DNA of 64,000 bases, taken from NCBI RefSeq assembly GCF_006345805.1, contig NC_043016.1:17918001-17982000 (forward strand), written 5' to 3'. Below the pieces are notes generated by a model, which did not search any database, was not told the DNA's origin, and worked only from the letters and a program-made list of their open reading frames with translations. Origin of the DNA: Octopus sinensis. Its lineage: Eukaryota. This document shows, in pieces, positions 51,339-62,880 of this stretch. Both the position numbers and the translations under genes were made by a program. Position 1 is the first letter of the stretch. Every line of letters begins with the position of its first letter.

Positions 51339-53037
51339 TGATTCACTCATATAGTCACAATGTCATATGACAATATTTTCCCAAATATTTCCTTTTCTTT
51401 CTGTACCCTTTTATTATTAACCCTTTAGCACTCACACCGACCTTATCTGGCCCAAATATTCAGCCTGTTTTATGTTCAAACTGGCCAGGTGCAGCCTTTC
51501 ACACGTACCCTAACAATGCCATTATACAAGTAGGCAAACCACATCATCAAAATCCTAAAAACTACGAGATAATGCATGATTAATTCAAAACAATGGATAA
51601 ATAAATATTACATTTGACATAGTTATCTGAATGTAAAAGCAGCTTATACACCCAGACCCCATCCCATCTTGGCTTGCAAAGCACAAGAGAATAACACACT
51701 CAGTATTCAAGCTAAGTCCAGCATCAAATTCATTCTTGTGAAAATCCTGAAAGCTTTCATTATTGAATATGAAAAGCAAATGGCTTTCAGCTCATTATTA
51801 ATGCTATCAGTTTAATTCATGGAATTCAACACATACTCAATAAATGGCTATTGGATCAGTTCTTAATAGAATTTTTATTAAATGTTTCAGATTTAAAGAT
51901 CATAAGGTGAAATACTGTTAAGTCCCATAATCCATGAGTATTGGCTCCCAAATACATTAAATAATGTATCATTAAAGCAGAAAAATTTCTGCTTTTGATC
52001 AGTGTTATTTACAGATCAAAACTATGTGTGTATATATGTATGCATGTGCATGTGAATTTGTGGTTTTGTATGTTACTTTGCATATATGAATGCCTTTAAC
52101 ATGTCGGCTAAATTCTTTATGCATTTTTGTTCATGTGAGCAATATAAAATAGTAATAATTAATATTGTGTCCATGTGTATATGTGTTTGTGTGTGTGTGA
52201 GTGTGCACGTATGAATATAACTGTATAAAATACAAATGTGCATCTGCCATGTATGTATGTATGTATGTATAATAATATTTACATCTGAAGTTGTTTACAT
52301 GCATATGTAAAATACGATCTACTTAACTTTTTTTTACTCCAATAGATGTCTGTACATACATATATAATACATGTGTGTGTGTATACGTACATATGTGTGT
52401 GGATATATGTGTATGTATATATATATATATATGTGTGTGTGGAGACCGAGGGAGAGAGAGAGAGAGTAATGCAGATAAACACAATTAGGCTTTGTATAAA
52501 TATATATATATACATATATATATACATAAAATACAGTGTACATTTAAACACATAAGGAATCCACTCGTGGGATTCATTAATAATGTAGAAAGAACAGCTA
52601 GGTTCTATAACTACAAAGTTCTATGTGTTTAAATGTATACTGTATTTTATGACTAATACATAGTCTTTGGACTAAATTTTTACACGTTAGACCACTGGAA
52701 ATGGAAATTTTATTTAATTTCCATTTCCTTTTGATATGATTAAGTATATATATATATATATTCTTTACAGTGAATTTTGAAGTTTTGGCCAAAGATGGCT
52801 TAGCTGGCTGGAACTTCGAAGTCACTGTCAACAACATTCTTGTATAAGAATAATAAATTTGTACTCTACAAAAGTATATAGAGTAACCCATCAGATTAAT
52901 GTAAAATTGGTTTTATTAGAACTGAACATAAAAACAAATATTAATATATACATACATTCACACACACACACACACACACATACACATATATGTCAAGCCT
53001 AATCTTGTTTTTCTGCACTATCTCTCTCACTGTGTGT

Positions 53038-53076
<39 letters not shown>

Positions 53077-54466
53077 TTGGAAAGCCTAGTTTTGATTAAA
53101 ATAAGGATGTGAAGATATTTTTTCTGTGCTTTTGATGTGCAGGTCTTTTGATGATAATTTATTTTATTAATGCCTATTGTTTACCTTGAGTGTTTTCTCA
53201 TGACATACCTGTTATATGAATATACATAGTTTGAGTTTACACATTCAAATGAAAGACTCAGTACTTCAAATATAGAATTAATATATTTTATCCTTTATTT
53301 CAGAAGCTGAGAGTTTTACACCAACTTACCCTTTTGATACCAACCCTTTTTCAGACTAACCCCGCTCGCCAGTTCTCTGATATAAATTCCCTTGTTTTAA
53401 AGGGATCTAAGTTAAAGCATTCCATCAAACTTCCATGTTAATTTATGTCCCAAAGACAAACTTAATACTGACATTTATTTTATTAAATACTTTATCTTCA
53501 AAATTAATTGAAACAAAGACGAAGTATTTGAACAACAGGGTTGTGTTGCTACTGTGGATTTGTGTATGTATTTGTGTGTGTATAAATCTATATACATTTA
53601 TATTGTATTTATATTTAATACATACATACATATATACATATATCCACATATACATACATATATAACAAGTTAAAAATAAGTCATTACATATTTTTCCTTT
53701 ATTAGAGCACATTATATAGGGATATTGTTTATATATATATATATATATATGTATGTATGCATATGTATATATATATTATACCTCTATAATATACATAAAT
53801 ATGTGTGTATATGTATGTGTGTTTATGTAAATATATATATGTGTGTATGTATCATCATCATCGTTTAACGTCCGCTTTCCATTGCATGTATGTATGTATG
53901 TATATACATGTATATAGATATAAACAAACTAATATTTGTTTTTATAAGCATCAGAATGTGTACTGTATGATACAAATAAGATGATACTTTTTTCAAACGC
54001 AGAATTCTGCATGTAGAAATCTATATACATTTATATTGCAATTATATTGTATTGGGGATTGTGGGTTTCAAATCCCATGGCTGTTTGTTTACAAATTTTT
54101 CCACTTTATAAGGGTAATTTACCCAGTATTTCTGCTGTTTTAACAGCAATTCTATGTATGGTAAAACTATCAACTTCTTATTTGTATTGTACAATACACA
54201 TTCCAATTTTTATAAAACACAAATGTTAGTTTGTTTATATTTGTATACATGTAGTTGTTCAATTATCTATTTATTAATGTCTAAATTTAAGAATGAATTT
54301 GTCAGAGGGCAGTTTAGCTTAATGGTAAAGCACTCAGCTGGAGTTTCTGTGTTCAGAAAAAATATTAAGATGTGTGTGTGTGTGTATGTATATATGTGTA
54401 CGTATATATATATATATATATATAATGCATATATGTATGTATATCTATCTAAATATCTATCTATAC

Positions 54467-54499
<33 letters not shown>

Positions 54500-54523
54500 T
54501 ATATATATATATAATATATATAA

Positions 54524-54614
54524 ATTAGAGAAAAACCACTATTATGCAATTCAAACACTGATAGACATAAATCAAATCATTGTTTGAATTGCATAATAGT
54601 GGTATTTTTCTAAT
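54524..54614. repeat. Inverted pair of a short dispersed repeat (34-bp arms)
   Basis: attagagaaaaaccactattatgcaattcaaaca / tgtttgaattgcataatagtggtatttttctaat. Single copies of the same motif lie at about 2650-2695 and 10215-10255. Confidence 0.85.
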
Positions 54615-54824
54615 CTATATATTTATATTGTGAAATTTGATTTAATACTAAATTGAATTTTTCCCTGTAAGTTTGGAGTTATACTCCTTAATATTATTAT
54701 TATTATATATATGTATATAGATATATACACACACACATGTAAATATTTATATAGAATGTACATATGGGTACATATTAATTATTTCATATTAAATGGTAAT
54801 TGCCATTGGTGCTGTTTCTTGCAG

Positions 54825-54940
54825 GATGTGATGCGACGTTTGGTCAGTCGGTATATTCACCAGACCAAAAAGCAATTACGTCAAGATGGTGTCAATGAAG
54901 ATGATTTGTTGGAGATAAAACAAGACATATCCAGTTTAAG
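54825..54940 (+). CDS. TRPC: TRPC exon E (rib helix and coiled-coil start); phase 0/2, GC donor
   Basis: Acceptor tttcttgcAG at 54823-24. Translates DVMRRLVSRYIHQTKKQLRQDGVNEDDLLEIKQDISSL(R). It ends AG|GCAAGT at 54941, and joining to 57355 restores DISSLRYEL. An in-frame GT donor at 54971 is an alternative end. Confidence 0.93.
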
Positions 54941-55405
54941 GCAAGTATATACAGTTACAAAAGATAACAGGTATTGGTGGTGGTGTTGGTGACGGTGGGG
55001 TATTTTACTTACCATGTGTCTATGTTATTTGTTGTTGTTGTTGTTGTTGTTGTTTATAATTCAAATTAACGCCGATCAAGGAAACCCCTCTTCAAATGTT
55101 CATTTCCATCAGCAATCACGTCCTGCTTCAGACAAAATTTATCAAGAATTTATGTTACCTTGTCACACATTTGTCTCACTAATTAACGTGCTGGACAAAA
55201 AGCTTAGCAGTATTTCATCTGCCAAAAAGCTTAGCAGTATTTCATCTAAGTACAAATTTTACTAAGGTTGAATTTGCTTTTCATCCTTTCAAGTCGATAC
55301 TATAAAGTTCTAGTATGTATATATAATATATATGCACATAATTATGGATTTCTATATATACATATGTTATAATGGAATAATTACTATGAAGCATTGTGTA
55401 GAATA

Positions 55406-55732
55406 TATTGAATAAAGAATCGTAAGACCAAAACAATGTGAAGTAAATGCAAAGTAAATCACAAGAAAACAAATATGTGAATTAATGTAGACTTACCTTG
55501 TATTCAATATTTTGAGGTTATGAACCCATTTTCAAGAAATTGACAAATGTTGCCAATGTACGTGTGTATCACGCGCATAAGCAACATTCGTCAATTTCTT
55601 GAAAATGGGGTCATAACCCCAAAATATTGAATACAAGGTAAGTTTACATTAATTCACATATTTGTTTTCTTGTGATTTACCTTGCATTTACTTTGCATTG
55701 TTTTGGCCTCATCCACGATCTTTTATACAATA
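55406..55732. repeat. Palindrome of about 325 bp in the GC-AG intron
   Basis: Arms at about 55406-55553 and 55581-55732 are near-perfect reverse complements in the inner 130 bp. Each arm carries a hammerhead-like motif. Confidence 0.92.
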
Positions 55733-57354
55733 CACATGTGTGTGGGAGTGAGGTGTTTTACTGTCTGCTTGCCTTAACATCATGCAATAGTTCTAAGCAA
55801 GTGGTAATGTCTTGCAAGTGGTGTCCTTGTTCCTAATCTTCCATGAAGAAATATCATCTGAATATGGTGAAATATTACTTCACTTGGAAATAGATGAGGT
55901 TTGGTTGCAGGAAGGGCATCAAGCCATACAAAATCTTTCTGGTCCATGTAAGCATAGAAAGTTTCATCCATCTGTCTGTCTGTGGCTTGTGTGGTAAGTA
56001 GCTTGCTTCCCAACAACATGGTTCCGGGTTCAGTCCCACTGCATAGCACCTTGGGGAAGTGTCTTCTACTATAGCCTCAGGCCGACCAAAGCCTTCTGAG
56101 TGTTTTTGGTAGACGGAAACTGAAGTCCATTGTATAGATATAAATATATGTATATATTTGTGTGTCTGTGTTTGTTCCCACCACCATTGCTCGACAACTT
56201 TTGGTGTGTTTAGATCCCTGTAACTTAACCATTCAGCAAAACACACTGATAAAATAAGTACTAGACTTACAAAGAATTAGTCCTGAAACAAGTAAAGAGA
56301 CTAAAAGAATATTCTCATCCCCATCATTACATAAATATGAAGTACCTGCATGAAAAGCCATCTTAGCAGCCCCTGACAAATCATTGCAAGTCTTTTGCCC
56401 TGGGCATATCATTGTATTAGGCCATATAGTATTTATTTAATTACAGCAACCCAAAACATACATAGATCAGAATTTGGCCCCTTAGATTTGTGAGGATACC
56501 AGACAACTGCCCAGTGTGCCCATGCCTTGAGATGGCACTGGCTATATTACTACCTCACATTATCCAGGGTGTCCCCCCCAAAAAAAATTGACATCATTTG
56601 AAATGTAAATGTCTGAGTAACTACATGTCTGAGGCAAACAAAATTATACAGGTTTCATGCTGAACAATAAGAGCTACATTCCCAGTAACCAAGTGTGAGT
56701 ATTTCAGAACATGTCCGTTAAGTTCACCGTCATCAGTTCACTGCAGGGAAAGTTCACCGTCATCAATCCATCATTTTGTTTTCAATAAAATAGTTTTTAA
56801 CAATTAATGGGGAGATACTATGTTAAATATAATATAATAATCATCATCATCATCATCATCGTTTAACGTCCGCTTTCCATGCTAGCATGGGTTGGACGGT
56901 TTAACTGGGGTCTGGGAAGCCCCAATGATAATATAATATAAAATATAATATATTTAACTATTAATGGGGAGATACTATGTTAAATGTGTCAACAAGTGAC
57001 CAGATTGTGCTTCTTTTTCGGATGCATGACCCACAGGCAATATATATGTTTGAGTGTGTGCGTGTGTGTGTGTCTGTATTATACAACATGCTTCCTTCAT
57101 ATTCCTTTTACCAAATCCACTCACAAGGCTTTGGTCAGCCCAAGGCCTTAGTAGAACACACTTAACCAATGTGCCATGCAATGGGACTGAACCCAAAATT
57201 ATGTGATTGACAAGCAAACTTCTTACCATACAGCCACGCCTGCACCAAAAACAATGGATTTTAAACAATGATAGTGAAGATAAATGTGTGTGTATGTATG
57301 TATGTATAAATGTATGTATGTGCTTATTTCAACTTCTCTTTTTTAATTTTGCAG

Positions 57355-57787
57355 GTATGAACTACGAGAAGACCGCAAAAGAGAAGCTGCTCGCGCAAGT
57401 GGACACATTGACAGTTTAAAAAGAGACATAATCCATTCACTGCGTGGCTCTTCCCCAAATTCAAGTCCTTTACGTAGTTCAAGCATTGACAAAGGGCAAC
57501 AGCTTCAGCAATATCATGTACCGCAAACTCAACAGCAGCAAACGCATGCTCAGCAACAACAGCAGCAATCACAGCAACAGCAGTCAAGCTCGTTGTCACT
57601 GTTGACTCAACAGGACTTGGAGAGTTTGAAACGGGGAATAGTAAGCAGCATTAAAAATGAAATGCGCGAGGTGATAGCAGAAGCAATTCAACAATCCACC
57701 GCCAACCTTAATAACAACACCCCACCCTTGGTTCTACCCTCGATAAACTCAGAATTATACCACACACACTTATACACACAATTATGA
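57355..57787 (+). CDS. TRPC: TRPC terminal coding exon F (coiled-coil end, Gln-rich tail, stop)
   Basis: Acceptor ttttaattttgcAG at 57353-54. Translates (R)YELREDRKREAARASGHIDSLKRDII...QQQQ...LYHTHLYTQL, with TGA at 57785-87. It is in frame with track ORF 57593..57787. Confidence 0.93.
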
Positions 57788-58962
57788 TTAGGGATAAGGA
57801 TTAAGAATAATAAAAGTTTGTTTTTTTGTTTTTCCATTTTAACAAGAAAAAAAAAGCATAAAATATTTACCGTCTTTGATTTAGTATGTTCTTGTATTGT
57901 TTTCCATTATTAACTGAATTTTTTTTTTTTACAGTGAGATAGGAGTCAAAGACATGTCAATAAACTAATAAGCATACCCAAAATATTGGGTGTCATTCTC
58001 AGGTTAAGGATATTTAGAAAAATTGTTCACTTAACATGGCTTTTTCTTTTTATTCATTAATTTAATTTTCCACAAATACAAGGAGAACACACACATATCT
58101 TCACACACCCACATGCTCATGTACACACACACGCACACACTTATACACATGCACACACATACATATTTCTTAAGTATGTTCACATATCTTTGACAAGGAA
58201 TAAAAACACATTTGCATAAAAATTTGAAACTCAAAAGGTAATGTCTTCTTTCCAAACTAAATTTTCAATTTTATATTTTACATATTCTACAGTTTACACT
58301 CCTCTTTATAAAAACTATCCAACAGTCCAAAGTAAGATATTTTTAATTTCTAGTTTTTTTTTTAAAGGGGTGGGGGCCATAGGAGGGCGAAGAGTAGGGT
58401 TTCTGATGCAAATTAAATCACAATTTTCATTGATCATAATGAGTAGCAACTAAAATAACACTTTGGGAGGTAATATATCTTAATGAAACAGGACAATTAA
58501 TGGAACAAAAAAAAATTATAATTTTTTGATAATATTAATACCATCCAAATCAAAATTATTTGTCTTGGTTTCAACGATGCAAAAAGTTTTTAGAAATTTC
58601 TATGCACACACACGAACATGCATACACACACACACATACACATGCACACATACACACACACACATACACACACACATACATACATGCGCATGCACACACA
58701 CATGCACATATACATATATATACACTTATGCATATAAACATATATATACACTCATGCACACACACATACATACATGTGCGTGCACACACACATGTACATA
58801 CACATATATATACTCATGCACACACATGTATATATAAACACACACATGCACACACATGTGCACACACATACATACATACATACATACACACATATCCTAT
58901 AAATGTATAAAGCAACAAAAGACTCCTTGCTTATTTGACTATGCCGACATCCCGAAAATAAA
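57788..58962 (+). other. Probable TRPC 3' UTR with several candidate AATAAA signals
   Basis: AATAAA occurs at 57809, 57959, 58199 and 58957 in repeat-poor, U-rich sequence. The signal actually used cannot be determined from sequence. Confidence 0.4.
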
Positions 58963-59880
58963 ACATAATCTCTCATTACCATAATTATCCTTCCACATTA
59001 ACTACAACAACAACAACAACAACAACAACTGCAACAATACACCACTGTTTTACACTAGCTGCTGCACTCAGTGTATTGTCTCTTGTCAACTGTCAATTGT
59101 CGTGTCTCACATGGCGACACCAGGGACTGCTGGTCTTCAGATGCCACCAATCACCCGGATTCTTATCTTGCTTGAAGAAATGTCATATCTGGTAAATATA
59201 TCTTTGTTAATTAATTTCATTTAAATTTTGAGTGTTTAATTCAGAACTCTTTTACTTGTTTCAGTCATTTTACTGTGGCCATGCTGGAGCACTGCTTTTA
59301 GTCGAGCAAATCGACCCCCAGGACTTATTCTTTGTAAACCTAGTACTCATTCTATCGGTCTCTTTATGCCGAACCACTAAGTTACGGGGACATAAACACA
59401 CCAGCATCAGTTGTCAAGCGATGTTGATTGGGGGGGGGGACAAACACAGACACACAAACATATACATACACATAAATATATATATACATATATACGATGG
59501 GCTTCTTTACCAAATCCACTCACAAGGCTTTGGTTGGCCCAAGGCTATAGTAGAAGACATTTGCCCAAGGTGCCACGCAGTGAGACTGAACCCAGAACCA
59601 TGTGGTTTGTAAGCAAGCTACTTACCACCCAGCCATTCCTATTATGTTTTTTTTTTTACATAATATTTAGTTTAACCCAAGGCAGTGAGCTGGGAGAGCT
59701 GTTACCATGTCAGGCTAAACGCTTTGTAGAATTTCGTCTTTACATTCTGGGCTTAAATTCCATCAGGGTTGACTTTACCTTTCACCCCTTTGGAGTCAAT
59801 GAAATAAGTACCTGTCAAGAACTGGGGGTCGATGTAATCAACTTATCCCCTCCCACTGAAATTGCTGACTAATGTTTAGT

Positions 59881-60606
59881 TTAACCCTTCAGCATTCAGA
59901 TTACTCTGTCGAATGTAATCCTTGTTTATTAACATTGCTTTGAGTTAATCAGGTATTATCTCAGAACTTTTTTTAAGGTGGTGAGCTGGCAGAATCGTTA
60001 GCATGCTGGGTGAAATGCTTAGCAGTATTTTGTCTGCTGCTATGTTCTGAGTTTAAATTCCGCCGAGGTCAACTTTGCTTTTCATCCTTTCGGGGTCAAT
60101 TAAATAAGTACCAGTTATGCACTGGGGTCGATGTAATCAACTTAATCCCTTCCCCCCCAAATCTGAGATCTCGTGCTTCCAGTAGAAAGGATTATCTCAG
60201 AAGTTTGAGATTTCAATAATGTAATTGTTCAGTTTTTGTTTTAGAATGACATTGTAGGGCAAGTGTGAGAGGCCACATCTGGCTGTTTGAACATAAAATG
60301 GGTAGGATATTTGGGTTGGATAAAGGGTAAAGAGTAAAGACCATGAGTGACCATGGGATTACAACCAGAAAGTTCCCCTCAGAGGCACAAGTCTGGGTAA
60401 AAGCCAATACAGCTTGGCACCAGTGACATCACAACTCATTTCTACAGGTGATTGAACTGGAGCAACATAAAATAAAGAGTCTTGCTCAAAACACAACACA
60501 CAGCCTGGTCTAGGAATTGAACTCACTACCACATGATTGTGAGCCTGAAACTCTAACCACTGAGCTATGTGCCTTTACTAAGACCGGTTTAAATGCTAAA
60601 GAGTTA
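59881..60606. mobile_element. MITE P1 with nested SINE B (59977-60192) and SINE D (60325-60575, minus)
   Basis: TTAACCCTTCAGCATTCAG...ATGCTAAAGAGTTAA. ATTATCTCAGAA is duplicated on both sides of the SINE B insertion. Confidence 0.78.
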
Positions 60607-60629
60607 ACTTAGGTTTGAATACAGAAACA

Positions 60630-61090
60630 GGTGACTCATGGAAGTATGGATATGAGGTTATAGGTGCTTGGTGCCAACATACACTGGAAAAGGTAATGGA
60701 TGAAAAGGGGGAGATAAAAATCCTCTGGGACTTTGATTTCCAGACAAAGTATTGGAGCACCGAAGGCTGGATATAGTAACCTTAAGTACCTTATAATTAA
60801 TGTGGTAGTGCCAGGAGATAAACATATCATCATGAAAGAAAGAGATTGATAGATATGGAGAGTTGAGAATTGAGATCGCTAAGATGTGGCTGCTGTGAGA
60901 GCTGAACATTAAGGTTATCCCTATTTGTCATCATAGCATTGGGTTCAATACCACCCAATCTGAAAAAAAAACATCTGAAAACTTTAGAAATACCCTACAA
61001 TCTAAGTGTATTGCAAAAGTTGACACTACTTGAAACTGCACGCATATTGCATAAATTACTGTCTGTCTGAGGTCCTTGTTGTGACTTGAC
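60630..61090 (+). mobile_element. R4/Dong-type LINE 3' end (degenerate)
   Basis: Across frameshifts it reads W.QHTLEKVMDEKGEIKILWDFDFQT, INVVVPGD, IALGSIP and LLETARILHKLL. Confidence 0.65.
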
Positions 61091-61094
61091 AGAC

Positions 61095-61846
61095 AGTACA
61101 AACACCCGGCAGCCAATCAACAACATTACAGGCTTAACCAACATGTGTTCAGTGATGAAACCATTCTGCATGCCTACATTCTGTGTCCGGGGATTGCTAA
61201 CTTGTGGTGTTACATTGAATAGTTGCTGTCACATGTGGGACAGATATGTTAGTCAGCTGAGTCTGTAGTGATGATTGCCCCACTGCCCTCTTTCAATCAG
61301 TCATGCAAAGCAGTTTTTATTTGCCTGGTAGCTGTGGCAAAAGAGTGTGTTTGGTGGACAAGGCTGAAAGGCATGAGAACAGATACATTCCTCTTTGGTA
61401 GAGCTCTCATTGACTTCTTCAAGTTTCACTTGAAAAGAAAATTGAGAGTGAAGAGGGAAGTGCTGTCCTCGAGTGAGTTTAGTAAAAGGTGGATGAAAGT
61501 TGCAAAAATGGCAAGAGAGGATGGTACCTCTCTAAGTATAGACCTGTGAGCCGGAGAGAAGGAATTGGAGAGGGCACCTGCTCTTGGGGTTTCAGGGAAA
61601 GCTCAGACAGCAAGGTTCCTCTATTATCCCTAGAAGTCTTCCAGTATCAGGAGGGCCACATCTCTATCATCCCCCCCACTATTTTTTTTTTACTTTTGTA
61701 TACTATGCATATGTCCCTTCTTTTTTAATGTACACCGTGTATACTTGCTTTTTTTTTTTATCATTTCATTATAAGTAAACCCCCACACCTTATGTCTGTC
61801 TTTGTACTGTCCCCCTCATCCTTCCCTCTTGTGGCAAATAAATGAA
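61095..61846 (+). mobile_element. Tx1/L1-clade LINE 3' end with (ATT)n tail
   Basis: LVAVAKECVWWTRLKG...FFKFHLKRKLRVKREVL...FSKRW, then a 3' UTR shared with 27874-27985 and an (ATT)n array at 61847-62172. Confidence 0.6.
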
Positions 61847-61879
<33 letters not shown>

Positions 61880-61926
61880 TATATTATTATTATTATTACT
61901 ATTTTTATTATTATTAATATATTATT

Positions 61927-61957
<31 letters not shown>

Positions 61958-62060
61958 TTATTTTTATTATTATTATTATTATTTTTATTATTATTATATA
62001 TTATTATTATTATTATTTTTATTATTATTATTATCATTATTGTCATTATTATTATTATTA

Positions 62061-62095
<35 letters not shown>

Positions 62096-62834
62096 TATTA
62101 TTATATTATTATTATCATCATCATCATCATCATCATTATTATCATCAGCATTATTATCATCATTATTATTATTGCAGAATTGCTGTGACTTGTTAGAAGT
62201 GCGGAGAATCAACAGATGCAACAAATTTAATTAAACTGTGCCAAGCAAAGAAAATAAAAAGCAAAACAAAAAAGAAAATCGACGAGAAGTTAGCCAGAAT
62301 ACCCTAACCTTGCCACCATGTCTTAAGAGAAAAAAGGAAAAAACACACCCATAAAAGTTAAGCCAGTCTGTTGAAAAGGTGGTGCTAAAGCCGATTCTAT
62401 ATTATTTTTTAATCCTGAAGCCTTTGCAATGGACTTGTGTATATAATACATTTTATATAAAACAATATTTCCCAATACGTGATATAATAACATGAAATAA
62501 TTAATCAGCTAATACTTGAATCTTGAATCAACATATATATATATATGTTTATATATATATACACACACATTGTTGATGTCATTAGAATTTTATAAACTTT
62601 TGAGAGAACGTGAAATAATTCTTTTTTGGAGAAAATAGTTCCAGCAGTACATTTCATATAGCGATAAAGAATAGCATGTAAATTGCGGGACTGAAAACCC
62701 CTTTCTGAATAGAAAATGTCAAAGGCAGCCTTCAACTTTTTCTATCCAAAACGGTTTTTCAACCCTTATTTACACATTATTCTTTACAGGTGTATGTGAT
62801 GTACTTCCAGAACTACTATTCTAAAAATGAATTT

Positions 62835-62880
<46 letters not shown>

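Noticed and set aside
62505-62735. 76-aa minus-strand ORF with protein-like composition
   Set aside because: There is an in-frame stop just upstream, no clear splice sites and no recognised homology.
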